A stretch of 63,218 nt of DNA, counting the filler, from Intoshia linei (lineage: Eukaryota; Animalia; Orthonectida), in assembly GCA_001642005.1 (NCBI GenBank). It is 6 parts of 6 records of this genome, joined end to end, with 100 filler letters (N's around TTAATTAATTAA, not from the genome) between each part and the next. Parts side by side here need not be neighbours in the genome. Positions count along the whole stretch, not along the records: positions 23,661 to 28,694 come from LWCA01001835.1; positions 28,795 to 48,055 come from LWCA01000747.1; 4 more parts are not named here. One strand, 5' to 3'. Of this stretch, positions 27,101 to 39,385 are shown piece by piece; the first letter of the stretch is position 1; each line of letters opens with the position of its first letter. The position numbers were made by a program, and so were the translations under genes. The notes under the pieces are model-generated. The model saw nothing but the letters and a program-made list of their open reading frames with translations, made no database searches and was not told the DNA's origin.

Positions 27101-27727
27101 CGAAAAATATTATTTTTGTTATTATTATTTAAATTTAAATAGTACCCTCAATAATGAAAACAGGGCCTGTAGATATAGAGAAAAAATTTTGATGATATGT
27201 TATGTTTTATTTTCTCATATTCACATTTACATTGTTTAATATACCATATTTTAAAAAAATATGAAATTCTTAATAAAATAAATTTCCAATACTATATTTG
27301 AAATTTCTATACTATATATATGGTATATTAACGCTAATAAATTCGGTAAAATTGAAACTGGTTGGAAATAACTGGTTTATAATTATAGACAGTGTTTTAT
27401 TCTATTTTAATTTTTTATTTTAATTTAGAATTATCATTGGATTCATTCATAAATCAGAATATAATCCCTCTGGAAATAATTCCTCTATCTTTTTTAAGTG
27501 AATTGCTACTATCTGCAAAAATATTTTCTATGATGCAGCAAACTGCAATACAACAAAATATTTTTTTGAGTGATCAACATTTAAGCTTTCAGCATATTAA
27601 TCAAATCTCTAAATTCCGAAGTGAACCATATTTTACGATTTTCAATACGTTTACAAATTTTCTTAAATCTCAAGGAGACCACAAAAAAAAAACACCTTTT
27701 TGTTTGATGTATAATAAATCAATTTAA
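24170..27727 (+). CDS. CMTR2: Cap-specific mRNA 2'-O-methyltransferase 2 (FTSJD1); exons 24170-24695, 24731-24939, 24974-25171, 25209-25323, 27429-27727 (3' end uncertain)
   Basis: 'TSAWCKCYEL', 'HLCEAPGAF', 'SSLNPYY', 'VTADGSFDC', 'FVQKYFTLFE', 'KPLTSKRGNSEIYV' are the K-D-K-E RFM methyltransferase motifs typical of CMTR2. Confidence 0.92.
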
Positions 27728-28794
27728 TTGTTTCATTTGAATTATTATAAATTTGCTGAAGAGGTTAGGTTAGTGTGAAGAATGTTTACTTTTTCTGGTA
27801 TTATTCTACATCAGTTACTTTATATTTTAATCCAGTTGGCATATAACCATTTCGAATTATTATGAATTAATTGAATAATTAAAATAATAATAATTAGATG
27901 GTCACTCGTTTAAAGACATTTTTAAAATGTATTACTAATCTTTACGTTTCTACCCAAGGAGAAACCTACGCAATATAGTTATCAATTCATTCTTCGTCCC
28001 ATTAAAAATTAAATTTTGTAGAAAAGTTTACCTCGTTATGGATAATTTCACACATCTATACATTTTTAATTATTTTCGAGTTTCTGACAAAAAATTAGTA
28101 TGATTTAGTAAATAAGTTATTTACTTACCTCAAGTTATTTGCGATTTTAATTTTAATGAACGTATGTTATATTTTGCTTTGAATATTATATGATCATTGG
28201 TATATATGAGTCATATACATAAATTATGATATTTAGGTTCTTGCTATAGTTAAATAACATTTCGGTGATCATAATTATAAGTATAGATACATATTCGTTA
28301 TAACTTATAAGAAATGTATTATATCTGTCTTAGTTATAATGGAAACCTCCAATTTTGTTTGATATGCTTGTGAAGTCATATACGAAATATTAAGACCCAT
28401 TTCTATAACACAGTACAGTCAATAAAAGACATTCGAACTTTATTTCGATCTATTATTTTATTTGATACCCTTATACTTCCGCATACATTTGTTCTGTTTG
28501 ATTCAAAACTTGATTTTTTAGAATTTTTTTTTTAATTTTTGATAATGCTGATTCCCTTTTTACTTTTTTCTAAGAACAAAAATACAGGGTTATACAAGAT
28601 GAGAAAAAAAATTCTAAGAACGGTGGTACCATTCGTTAATCCTAAATTTTGAAAAACATCGGCCTGCTCAAAGGAAATAGTTTTCATAAATAAGNNNNNN
28701 NNNNNNNNNNNNNNNNNNNNNNNNNNNNNNNNNNNNNNTTAATTAATTAANNNNNNNNNNNNNNNNNNNNNNNNNNNNNNNNNNNNNNNNNNNN

Positions 28795-29003
28795 GGCCAC
28801 AAGACACAACACCAGCACCGTGGAGTCCTGATCCATGGCCACAAGACAAAACACCAGCACCGTGGAATCCTGATCCATGGCCACAAGACACAAAACCAGC
28901 ACCATGGAATCCTGATCCATGGCCACAAGATACAAAACCAGCACCGTGGAATCCTGATCCATGGCCACAAGATACAACACCAACAACGTGGAATCCAGAT
29001 CCG
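28795..29003 (+). repeat. 42-bp coding tandem repeat, at least 5 units, cut by the spacer
   Basis: Unit approximately TGGCCACAAGACACAAAACCAGCACCGTGGAATCCTGATCCA. Confidence 0.95.
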
Positions 29004-29552
29004 GACCCTTGTAACCCTGATATTGAAAATTGTGATGGTGAACCTTCAATATGGGAAGATGGAAATTTAGATAACGATCCATGTGATCCAAATGTTGAAA
29101 ATTGCAATGCTGATCCACCATTTTGGGACGGCAGGAAGCTAGGTCCACATTATCGGGGAAATCGATTTACTACTACAAAAAGAATGAAACCTTCACTACC
29201 CAAAAATGTAATCCCCCCCTATCCATTTATGGACATACCTAAGGACAAGAATTCAAAACCTACTCTGACCGATTTATTAATGTACTGGTATAAGCATGGG
29301 AAAAAAAATGTAGCTAGATTAATTTATGATAAAAACTCAAAAACTAAAAATATTAAAAAAGTTACGGAAAACATTATATCAATGAACAATTACATGATAA
29401 ATTATCTTAGTAAAATGCCTCATAATCAAAATCAGCGGATGCAGTTCAATCATGGTTCTAAAAATATTGGTCATTTCAACATTACATATAACAAATATAA
29501 AAATGAAGAATTTTCATTTAATGATAATGAATTTATCGAAAAGCAGTTATAA
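28797..29552 (+). CDS. 5'-partial Trp/Pro-rich tandem-repeat protein of unknown family
   Basis: Continuous stop-free frame from the spacer into ORF 29184-29552: five copies of (W)PQDT[TK]PAPWNPDP, two DPCxPxxENCxxxPxxW units, then a Lys/Asn-rich tail. Confidence 0.75.
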   Translation, partial: PQDTTPAPWSPDPWPQDKTPAPWNPDPWPQDTKPAPWNPDPWPQDTKPAPWNPDPWPQDTTPTTWNPDPDPCNPDIENCDGEPSIWEDGNLDNDPCDPNVENCNADPPFWDGRKLGPHYRGNRFTTTKRMKPSLPKNVIPPYPFMDIPKDKNSKPTLTDLLMYWYKHGKKNVARLIYDKNSKTKNIKKVTENIISMNNYMINYLSKMPHNQNQRMQFNHGSKNIGHFNITYNKYKNEEFSFNDNEFIEKQL

Positions 29553-29583
29553 CTAATTAAATTATTTATTTTAATTGTAACAA

Positions 29584-29796
29584 TTACTCCAATTTTGTAT
29601 ATCGAGGATTATCATATCTACCTTTGTATAGAGGTACGTGACGTAAAATTGCTCTCCATTCGGTGACATAGACAATTCCAATAAGAGCTACTGATGTCCA
29701 CATTGAAATAGAGAACGACCTTGATTTCAATTTTGATAAATTTCTTGTCGAAAATGTGTTTTTGTAAAGTCTAATAGTTCCAGATACATTTATCAT
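29584..29796 (-). CDS. UQCR11: Cytochrome b-c1 complex subunit 10 (Qcr10)
   Basis: 70 aa with one TM helix: 'MWTSVALIGIVYVTEWRAILRHVPLYKGRY' matches the W..(TM)..T[DE]WR.IL..VP..G[KR][FY] pattern. Confidence 0.88.
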   Translation of the reverse strand: MINVSGTIRLYKNTFSTRNLSKLKSRSFSISMWTSVALIGIVYVTEWRAILRHVPLYKGRYDNPRYTKLE

Positions 29797-29844
29797 ACTT
29801 GATTTAGATATTTTATTTACTTTGAATTTAACTTGCTTTTTTAA

Positions 29845-30474
29845 ATGAAATTATTTTATTTTTGTAAATTCTCAAAAAATTTAACACGTAGAAGTGCAAT
29901 TAAGTGTGAAACTCCAGTATCGTTATTATAATTTTTTATATTTTGTAAATAGACTTTAAAAGAATACTTTAAAGGTGATAAATTCTGTGAGGTTTTGAAA
30001 TCAAATAACGAATGGATGTTTGTAGAACGGCTGTACCCAAAAACTATCGTTTCATTACCTCCAAAACACGAAAAATACCCAACACCTTCTGGTTGGTTTC
30101 CAATTAATAGTAAATTTAATTTATAATATATTACTTTGAAATTAGCTAAACTAGCATCTCAGGAATCCTACTTTGTTGACAGAACTCGATTTCACAATTT
30201 ACCCATTTATATTGAAACTATGAAATTATCAACTGTTCAAATTTCTGTTATTAGATTTGTTAGTGGGAATATGAAAGTATATTTTCTAAGTGCTAAAAAA
30301 ATATTATTTTAGAAATTGATAAAGGATTTAAGAATATATTTAATGAATGCTCAAAAAAAGAAATTGGAACCTGAAGAAATCATAATTGATTTCGATGAAG
30401 TTTGTCGCAAAATTAGAGTTTACGGTGTACATTTACGTGAAATTTCGAATTTTTTAATAGATAAAGGATTTTAA
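29845..30474 (+). CDS. MRPL49: Mitochondrial ribosomal protein mL49, four exons
   Basis: '[10 protein letters not shown]...[15 protein letters not shown]', '[14 protein letters not shown]', 'IRFVSGNM', 'KIRVYG...FLIDKGF*'. Confidence 0.92.
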
Positions 30475-31216
30475 TATGTAAATAAATATAAGCATTACAG
30501 CCAAACCTGGAAATTATGAAGGTGAAAAATTAGTTCATAAACTTGTATAAATTTGTAACTTACAAATTGTAAGCATATTTCAATATTGAACAATAATTTT
30601 TTGTTGTGTACTGGAAAAAACTATAAGACATTCGATTATTTTATTAGTGTGATAAATGTAATCATTTTTACATAGAAAGCTATAAAAATATTTTTAAATA
30701 AAAACTATTAACTACCTGGTAGTACTACCAGATACATTTGCCTATATTATTTTTTTGGAAAAATTGGTGATAATTCATATTTGTTATCTGTAAGTAGATA
30801 AATAAGTATTTTAATATCAATTTATGTGATAGTATTGTATAACACCACAACAAAAATCAACTTTAAAAAATCTTTCTTTATGAAACAGTAAGTCTGGTGT
30901 ATTTTTTTTGATGTGATTACGGTGTATACCAATTATTGACTGTAAAATCGAAACTTTAATATTTTTAACTTTGAAACTGAAAAAAATGACCCCATTAATC
31001 AATGAATTAAAAAATAAATAATGAATTGTTTCAAAAAATGATTAACATTGTATTAATTATAATTTTCTTTTCTAAAGTTTTATGGGATGATATATTTTCA
31101 GCCCATCAATAAATGAGGCTTAGAATTTGAGCGAATGTCAAATGAATTTTTTCAAAAAAGGTTCGGGTTCTCACAAACATCGATTTAAATAAAAAATAAG
31201 TTAAAAAATTAAATTA

Positions 31217-31374
31217 CAGTCCGACCCCGCTTTGTGGCAAACCTAGGTGTGGAAAACTTTCAAAATTATGTTAATTTTATAGTATTTATATCGACGGCAT
31301 AGCAATATATGTGAAATTAACCCCGCTTTTGGGGCACTTTTCAAAAAATGGTGTCCCAATCCAAGGTCCGACTG
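31217..31374. mobile_element. Tc1/pogo-type MITE (158 bp)
   Basis: TA|CAGTCCGACC ... GGTCCGACTG|TA, with an internal repeat of ACCCCGCTTT. Confidence 0.75.
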
Positions 31375-32029
31375 TATTATTTAAGTCCAAATGAGAAATG
31401 GACTTGTTTATAAATTATTAAATTTTATTTTTTATTTATAAAAAAGTTCAAACTATTGGTCTTAAACTACATAAGTACCGCAGTCCGTACGTTTCTTTCA
31501 AAAGAAAATGCGACAATTTGTTTAACATTAATTGTCGTAAATTAATTGCAAAATTATATTATTTTATTGACAAAAAATCATAAATAATTGGCAATTAAAT
31601 TAATTGATATAACTTATAAATTGTGGACAAAAGTTTAACTTCAATTGACAATATACAATATTTAATGGACAACTAAATCAATTGCTATAAACAAATTCAA
31701 TTGACAAAATTTGTTAAATTTATCGTCATTTTATTTTATTCCAATCACTGATTGGCAGGTAATGGCTGAATATCTTAATCCACTTGAATTTCATATTATA
31801 AAAAGTTATATTTTAAAATTTACTCAAATTTTCATTTTTGTGTCGGTGAAATAATAAATTATTTTCAAAGTTTTTTTTTCACTTTACTTTAATTGTAATA
31901 GTATAAAGTTTATACACTAAATTAAGAAATTCAATGGTTGATAAAAATCGAACTAAGACACCTAGAATAAAAATGAAAAAAGTAGGATGTTAAGTTATAA
32001 ATGGTGATTAACATAATACTCTGTACACC

Positions 32030-33327
32030 CAAGACCGTGGAGAGCCAACAGTAGGCCCCTATTAAATTTTTTAATAAAATGGAATATGTACACATGGCTT
32101 AAGAGATATTTCATTATCTAAAAATTAAAAATAACCGTTGGAAATCGCATTGGTGATCATTAATATAAAAACAGTAAATATGTAAAATGTTAATATACAC
32201 TACGTAATTATTTATTATACATTACTAGGTTGAATGTTATGTACTACGTACAAACAGGACCTAGCTCTGCCGAGGGCACATTTTTATTATACTTAAAAAA
32301 TAAATTCACGTTGAAAATCTACACTTAAAAATTGTACTATTCACTATTATAAACCCTTTAAAGGAGTGGTTCCCAAACTTGTTTTAGGTGGTACCGTCAT
32401 ATCATATTACTATTTACTTTAAAGTGATTATTATAAATTAATAAATAATATAGTAAATTATTCCATCTTAATTTTTTGTTTGTTAACATTTGCGTAAAGA
32501 ATTTTAAAAACAAGATTTTACTTATTTTTTTAATTTTTTAGACAGAATGTGTGTATAATATTAAAAATAAAGTAAAAACAGTCCAATCCTAAAAATTGTC
32601 ATAAATAGCATAAATTCCAAAAAAATACAATTATAAAAACCTATTTTGTCATTTTCAATGTGATGATATATATTCAGTACCAATTTGCCAAGTTAATAAA
32701 TACTTAAAAATAACAATTATGTATCAATAATTAACCGAATCTTCACTTTATAAACATATTTTAGTCGAATTTACCAAATATTACAAAGTATTGTAATGAA
32801 TATAAAAATGATATTAACAAAGTTTTTTAGTTTCGTTGTTTTTTGAAATTCTAGGGTTGTTTTCATTAAAAAACAAAGGGTAATTTGGGGTTTTGGCACT
32901 GAAGATATAATTTTTTTAATTCTAAATTTATGATATTGTTTATGATTTTAAAATCCGTATCAGCGTATACATTTTTTTTTAAATTTTTCAACTTGTTTGA
33001 TTTTCAAAAAAAAACGACCATTGGGTTTTTGACCCGTAAGATGTTAGTTTGGGAGGTTGAAATTAAGTTTGCGAACGCCCCCGGAAAAAACTGTAATTGA
33101 AATGTGGACTTGATAAAATTATAAGATGACTAGTTATTTAAATAAAGTTGAACAAACACACACTATAATTATATAAGCTATTTACACAACACTAATTTTA
33201 ATGTTAATGGAACATTTGTATTATACAATAATTTTCCAACATTACCTATTAATAAATTTAAAAAGTAGGCCCCTATGATTGTAGGCCCGGGCCATATGGC
33301 CCTAGTAGCCCCCTCTCCACGGTCCTG
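32030..33327. mobile_element. hAT MITE expanded by a nested Helitron
   Basis: TIR CAAGACCGTGGAGAG / CTCTCCACGGTCCTG; perfect 8-bp TSD TGTACACC (32022-32029, 33328-33335). Confidence 0.9.
32225..33177 (-). mobile_element. Non-autonomous Helitron nested in the hAT MITE
   Basis: Minus-strand CTAG|T terminus at 32225 with hairpin; body homologous to 16875-17898. Confidence 0.8.
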
Positions 33328-33911
33328 TGTACACCATGACAATTCAATATAACACTGTTTTTCAAAAAAATAAAGTTATATTTTAATTTTACGATAAGAT
33401 TTGTAATGGAATGAATGTAATGGACCAACTAATGGTTTATTTAAAATGTTAAAGTCACAGCAAATATGTATCGTTAGTTGTTTTTGATTATGCTATAGTT
33501 TTTTTTTTAAAAATACATACAGTTAGTGCTAACCATCTTCAAATTCTAAAATTTTTGAAAAAATGTGACACCCTAAATGGCCACACTATATAAGGTAGCT
33601 AATCCCTAAAAATATATCCAAAGATTTATATTTTGTGAAACTGGTGTTTGAACGTATGCTAGTTGTATTAGTTTACATTTAATTTAAAATTAATTTAGTT
33701 GTTAATAATTACTTTTATGTACACATTTCCCGTCACTATGGTATTTAATTGAATTAACACATTACCTATTTCCGTGTGACTACAATTAAATTTTGAGTTT
33801 ATTATAAACTTGTAGGCAACCTGTTTTAAGTTCAAATTGTGCTAATAACAGTGGTATGATTTGTGTATTTAAGTAGTACATTAAATATTTCTCATATAAA
33901 CTTCGTCATTT

Positions 33912-36271
33912 ATGGTGTTAAAAAATTATATATGGAAGATAATTAAAGTGATCTTCATTATAAATTATCTCATTAGTTTTATTATATCTGGTTTAATCGT
34001 AGCAATTATATCATTTATTTTGTATATTTCTCTTGGCTTTGTATATTTAGACCTCTACAGAATATATATTGTGAATGCAACATATACGATATGGTGTCGT
34101 AAGTAGAATTTTATTATGTACTAATATGTTTAGAACTAACATTTTTAATTCGGGTTTGGTCTCGGAGCGAAATAAATATTGTGGTGAAAGAGCATTTTGA
34201 AATAAATGGAAAACATTTAAAAAAGGCATTATTCTTAATTATGAATCACTCATATGATTTGGATTGGTTGTTCATGTGGTGCTTAGCAGAAAAAGAGTCA
34301 TTTTTAGGAGTATAATTTTACACACTGTGTAATTAATAGTTCTGTTTAGAATTCAAAAGTTATAATGAAGGATTCCGTAAAATATATTCCTGTCATTGGG
34401 TGGCTCATGTATTTAAGTGAAATGATCTTTGTAAAACGAAATTGGAGAAACGACGAAAGTATATTAAAAAAAAGATTAAATTTGGTTAAACATTATCCTA
34501 ATGGTTACAAAGTTGCTTTGTTACTTTGCCCTGAAGGAACACGTTTTACTAGAGAAAAGCAGTTAAATCAACTCGATTTCTGCCTTAAAAATAACAAACC
34601 TACATACAAAAATTTGTTGTCGCCGAGAACTCGAGGCTTTTATCACTGTGCAAAAATTATGAAAAATGATTGTAATTTTTATATAATAGTATGGGTTTTC
34701 AGCTGCTCTTGGTATACTTTTTGTTAAATCCAGGGAGCTGATTTAACATTCACAGAAATATTTTATTTATCTTACCTTTAGTACACAAAATTTACGATAT
34801 AACCATTATATTTGATGTTAATTATGCCAACCCCACAGTAATGAATGTTTTTAAGGCCAATAAATCCAAATGCTACATCTTTATAGAGTAATTATTGCCG
34901 TAGTAATTTTTATATTATTATAGTTTTCATGATCCTTCCACTGTTCCGACAAATTCCGAAGAATGCTGTTCAAAATGGATGTTTGATTTATTCCGAAATA
35001 AAGTAAGTTATTGGTTATAATTAGAAAATATTACATTTAGGATGAAATAATGGATCGTTTTCATGCTAAAGGAATCGATGGCTTCTCCAATCACATAGTG
35101 AAACCTGTTGAATCGTCATTTTGGGAAAAATTTTTTTTCTTTTTTTGGCAATTTATAATTTCAATTCCAATTCAATTTTACATCTACAAATATTTATATT
35201 CAATGTTTATTGATTACTTTTTAGTTTGTACGTTTCTGTGCATATTAGGTAATTTACATATTTATACATTTTAATATAATTCTAAATCAAAATAACAACA
35301 ATCCAAATGGGTCATATGATCCCGTTAATAATAATACATAATGTAATTTATATATAGATTAATTTTAAAAAAATTAAAATTCTAGTAAAATGATATCGTT
35401 AAAATAGTAGTATATAATAACATCCCTGCAATATTATAAAGCACTTTATCTATTCATTCGAAAAATTACCAATAATAAATATAATTCGCTCATTTCTCAT
35501 AATAACAAGTAGATTTTCTATATAACATGATGGAATCAAAATATAAATATTACATTATATTAATTAATATTAAATATAAATGATTTGACTATGAATAAAC
35601 CTTTTTCGTCTAATCTATATAGTTGACCAGTTCACGGGCAGGTTAATTCTATCGAAATTTAAACGAAACATTTTGTCTTACTTAGGTTAGTTTTACTTTT
35701 CATTATCATTAATCTGATTAACATTATCAAAAAATAAGAATATAAAAAATATTATGCTTTATAATATTGCAGGGTAGTATATAAACGTGTATTAGTTAGT
35801 GGAGGCGTATGGTATTGTCTGAATTTCACGCATATCAAAGGAAAACAACTTTTTTCAAGTAAACCAAAACTATAAATATAGTATTATAGCTTGTTTATGT
35901 TTTTATAAATAGATTATTACATTCATTTCTCTAGTTAGTGAGCCTTTAATTTGTAAAAATTCCTCAAATAAGTTGGATTACATCAAATAATAGTTTTTTT
36001 ATAGCATATTACCGTTAAAACTATGCTATTGCAGTATATCTATTTCATTCACTTTATAGTCCAATAGTCCTATATTTTTTTAATAACAATTCTACTGCAA
36101 AATAAAAAATCTGTCATTTTTGTATATTTAACATTTAAGAAATTTGAAGGTTTATATTGAAAGTGTGAAATTGGTGTCAAAACAATGAGTAAATAGGGAT
36201 ACTTTGGACTATATTATGATTTTAACAGGATTATCGAATGGAATAAAAAAGAAGAATCAAAAAACAATTAA
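33912..36271 (+). CDS. 1-acylglycerol-3-phosphate O-acyltransferase, AGPAT3/4 (LPAAT gamma/delta) family; last exon uncertain
   Basis: 'MNHSYDLDW' (NHxxxxD), 'KYIPVIGW...EMIFVKRNW', 'CPEGTRFT', 'LLSPRTRGF', 'YDITI'. Confidence 0.9.
35424..35774. mobile_element. MITE with perfect 20-bp TIRs, in an AGPAT intron
   Basis: CCCTGCAATATTATAAAGCA ... TGCTTTATAATATTGCAGGG; TSD unclear. Confidence 0.7.
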
Positions 36272-36744
36272 TTATATGCGAAATTAGATGAATGATATTA
36301 ATATATTTAAATAATAATAAGAAAAGTTTTGTAGTAAATCAAATGGGAAAATGTAAATTTTTTTTTCAAATCTGAATGGATATCATATGGGTCAGCAGTT
36401 TATAAGTAATATTTGGTGTAGAGCAGTGATTCTCAACCTTTTGCATCTAGCAACTCCCTTATGGACTAAAAATTTCGCGAGACTTCAATTATTGCAATTA
36501 GTGATTGTAATTCCCTGGGGAATTTTAATCCAAAAATTAAATTTAACGTACATAACTTTATATTATTATTATTATTTTGTATTAACAAATCAATGCCACT
36601 TTTTGTAAATTAGTTTATTATTTAAGTTTGTACCGCCTTGTGTTTCATAAATATACGCAACAAAAATTTTCATTGTATATTTATGCAAATGTCTTGTAAG
36701 GCTTAAGTCCATCAGTCGATACTATGTAGATTTTTTGTTTGCAA

Positions 36745-36823
36745 ACATAAAATTGATCTTCATTCGGTGACATAGACCATTTCAACAAGAGCTAATCCTG
36801 TCCACATTAAAATAGAGAACGAC
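36745..36823 (-). pseudogene. Degenerate duplicate fragment of UQCR11
   Basis: 'SFSILMWTGLALVEMVYVTE*RSIL' versus the gene's 'SFSISMWTSVALIGIVYVTEWRAIL'; the Trp TGG codon has become TGA. Confidence 0.8.
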
Positions 36824-37089
36824 TATATATAATTTTTATATCGTGTTCAGATCGTGTTTACAAAATTTAAATATTTCATGTTTTAAGTTTTTAACTAATT
36901 AATTTTTAACTTAAATTAATTCATTTTTGTTAAATTAAATTTTTGATTACATTTTAATCGTATTGAAGGATTTTTTGTATTTCGTGTTTCAGACAAAAAT
37001 TTTCCGTTTCGTTCGTACATATCACCTCAACACGATCCGATGCAGAACTCTAGTGTATAATGGTAAAAATAAAATTTAAATAAACCAGT

Positions 37090-37627
37090 AGTTTTTTTTT
37101 TGACCGTGAAGGCGTCACTATCAAATTGAATTTTTTTAAATTCTATGACTATTTTCATTTTTTAAAAAAAGGGTAATCAGAAGTTTTGATCTTGAAAATT
37201 AACTTTTTTGGGTTTTCGATTTATGGTATGTTTATAATTTTAAAACCTATTTAACGATGTATTTTATATGAAATTCTAGGACTTTTCATTTTTACAAAAA
37301 AGTGTAATTTGGAGTTTTAACTTTGAAGATATAAGATTTTCAAATTGAACTTTATGGTAACGTTGATTATTTTAAAATCTTTATCAGATTGTGTATTTTT
37401 TATAATTCTAGGACTGGTTTCAATTTTAAAAAAAAATAATTGAGGTTTGTGACCTTGAAGGACGCACTTTCTGAAATTGAAATTTGCGATAAAACATCAT
37501 TCTCGAAAAACTGTATTATAAATGTGTATTCTTAAAACTCTAAGGTTATTACTTTCTGAACCAAATGGTAACAGACAAATAAATAAACAGACACATTTTT
37601 GACTAAATTACTTCATATAGGTAATGA
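37090..37627 (-). mobile_element. Older, diverged Helitron copy with an internally triplicated segment
   Basis: TGACCGTGAAGGCGTCACT block; A|TC 5' terminus at 37627 next to an ACAGACA tract. Confidence 0.65.
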
Positions 37628-38368
37628 TAATGAAATTCAGCTTTAAAAATATTTACTTTTTAATTAGTGAAGATATTAAAATAATCTTAAATCATTGTGA
37701 CTTATTTAAAATTATTTTTTTTTATAATTAATCTAATCATAAATAATTGTATTAATTGAAACCCTACCAAAAGTGACAACTTGTCGTTAAAAGAGGTAAA
37801 TACCGGTGAATACGTGTACATTTGTATAATAAATTTAAAACTGAAGTATACAAGTATGTAAACATTTTTCAATGTGTACGATATGAAGATTTCAAATTAA
37901 TCAAAATATATATAGACAAAACGAATTATAAGGATTTTATTATTAAAAGTACATTTGATTTATATCAAGATAATAAACTGTAGCGTAACACAATATATGT
38001 TGTATTAATGTAGTTATGGTGGTTTATTTTCACTTAAATGTTATGCCGAATTCAAGTGGATTAATATTTAATAATATGTTTTAAAGTGTGTTTAAATGAA
38101 AATGAATTGAACTTGAAGCTGGTCAATTTGTAAACAAAAAGTCGGTCAATTAATTAATGTATACTTAATGCATTTAAACAAGACATTTGAGCTGAGATGA
38201 AAGTCTCCAACTAATCCATCTATAGCTGTAGAAAATTTGTTGATGTATTGTTTCATTCGTTTCTAGAACAGTAATATGTTAGCGTTATTATAATGAATGA
38301 GGATTAGTTGATTGGACTGTACTGTCATTTGTATTTAATTTCATTATTAAAAGTTATAAATTTCATTG

Positions 38369-39039
38369 ATGGAAAAACAAAAATCAACAAAGTCAATTCT
38401 ACAATTGAATGTTGTAAATAGACAGGTTACGGGACGGAAACCAAAATGTGCTAGATGTAGAAACCACGGCGTAAAAAATTGGCTGAAAGGACATAAAAAA
38501 ATTTGCCCTTATCGAAATTGTTCATGTTCGAATTGTCTTTTAATTGTGGAACGTCAAAGGGTGATGGCTGCCCAAGTAGCTCTTAGAAGATCTCAAGATA
38601 CCAAAACTAAGGTAAATATTTTTTATTTTAAATTTACACTTTAAATTTTAGAATAAGATATGGTCCCCTGTTGAACTGATACAAAATAATTCACCGAAAA
38701 AAAATACAAGTAACATTTACATTATTTATTCATACCGGAACTAGAACATATTGTTTTTCTTTGTTGATGTCACAATTAATCTGTCAAAGTTAATTTTTTT
38801 ATTATTTATTTTAATATTTAGATGTCAGTGTCAATGATTCTGCCTATTTATCGTCTTCTTTCACTGAAAATGCAGTATTTCAAAATAATAATAGTCAATA
38901 TATTAATCCTGTATTTCCTCGATGGATTAAATATAATTTCAACCAAAAAATTGTACAAAATCAAAATAACATATTTAATAATCTATATTTATATTCTTCC
39001 AATTATTTGCAAATGAAAAACAATGTAAATAAAAATTAA
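38369..39039 (+). CDS. Doublesex/Mab-3-related (DM domain) transcription factor, three exons, Dmrt93B-like DM sequence
   Basis: '[52 protein letters not shown]'; downstream exons 38651-38709 and 38822-39039 splice in frame. Confidence 0.92.
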
Positions 39040-39385
39040 ATAAATTATTCATTCCGGTATTTAATATTTTGATCAGTTTTCAATTTAATTTTATTTTCCA
39101 TTCATACTTGAAGGTTCCATAAATGTTAATTTTATCAATTGAAAAACTAAAACTGCCAATTTTTCCATCAAAGTTATTTGGCTTTATTTATACAATATGG
39201 CTAGAAATGTAAATTACTAAAATGTTACAAAGAGTGTTTATGAATATGATGAATGATAAACGACAGTAAATTTAATTGTTAAGCTGTCAACTAAAAATTT
39301 AAAATAAAATTGTCTGAAATTTAGACATTAAAACGACGATGTTGATAAAATTTTGTAGGAAAACTTGAAAAAATATATTTGAAAA

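Noticed and set aside
27429-28350. CMTR2 apparently truncated (about 448 aa, lacking the C-terminal inactive RFM domain)
   Set aside because: Exon-like blocks at about 27750-28350 could encode a diverged C-terminus via a donor before the 27727 stop. Cannot be claimed without transcripts.
28795-29003. 42-bp repeat as a CRISPR array
   Set aside because: Head-to-tail units with no unique spacers, no cas genes, and a eukaryotic context.
28739-29148. Three minus-strand repeat ORFs (GHGSGFHG..., WPWIRIP..., VAMDQDS...)
   Set aside because: Antisense shadows of the 42-bp repeat. Only the plus frame continues into a long unique C-terminus.
30480-31070. Possible small minus-strand gene downstream of MRPL49
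   Set aside because: No consistent spliced reading frame or homology could be established.
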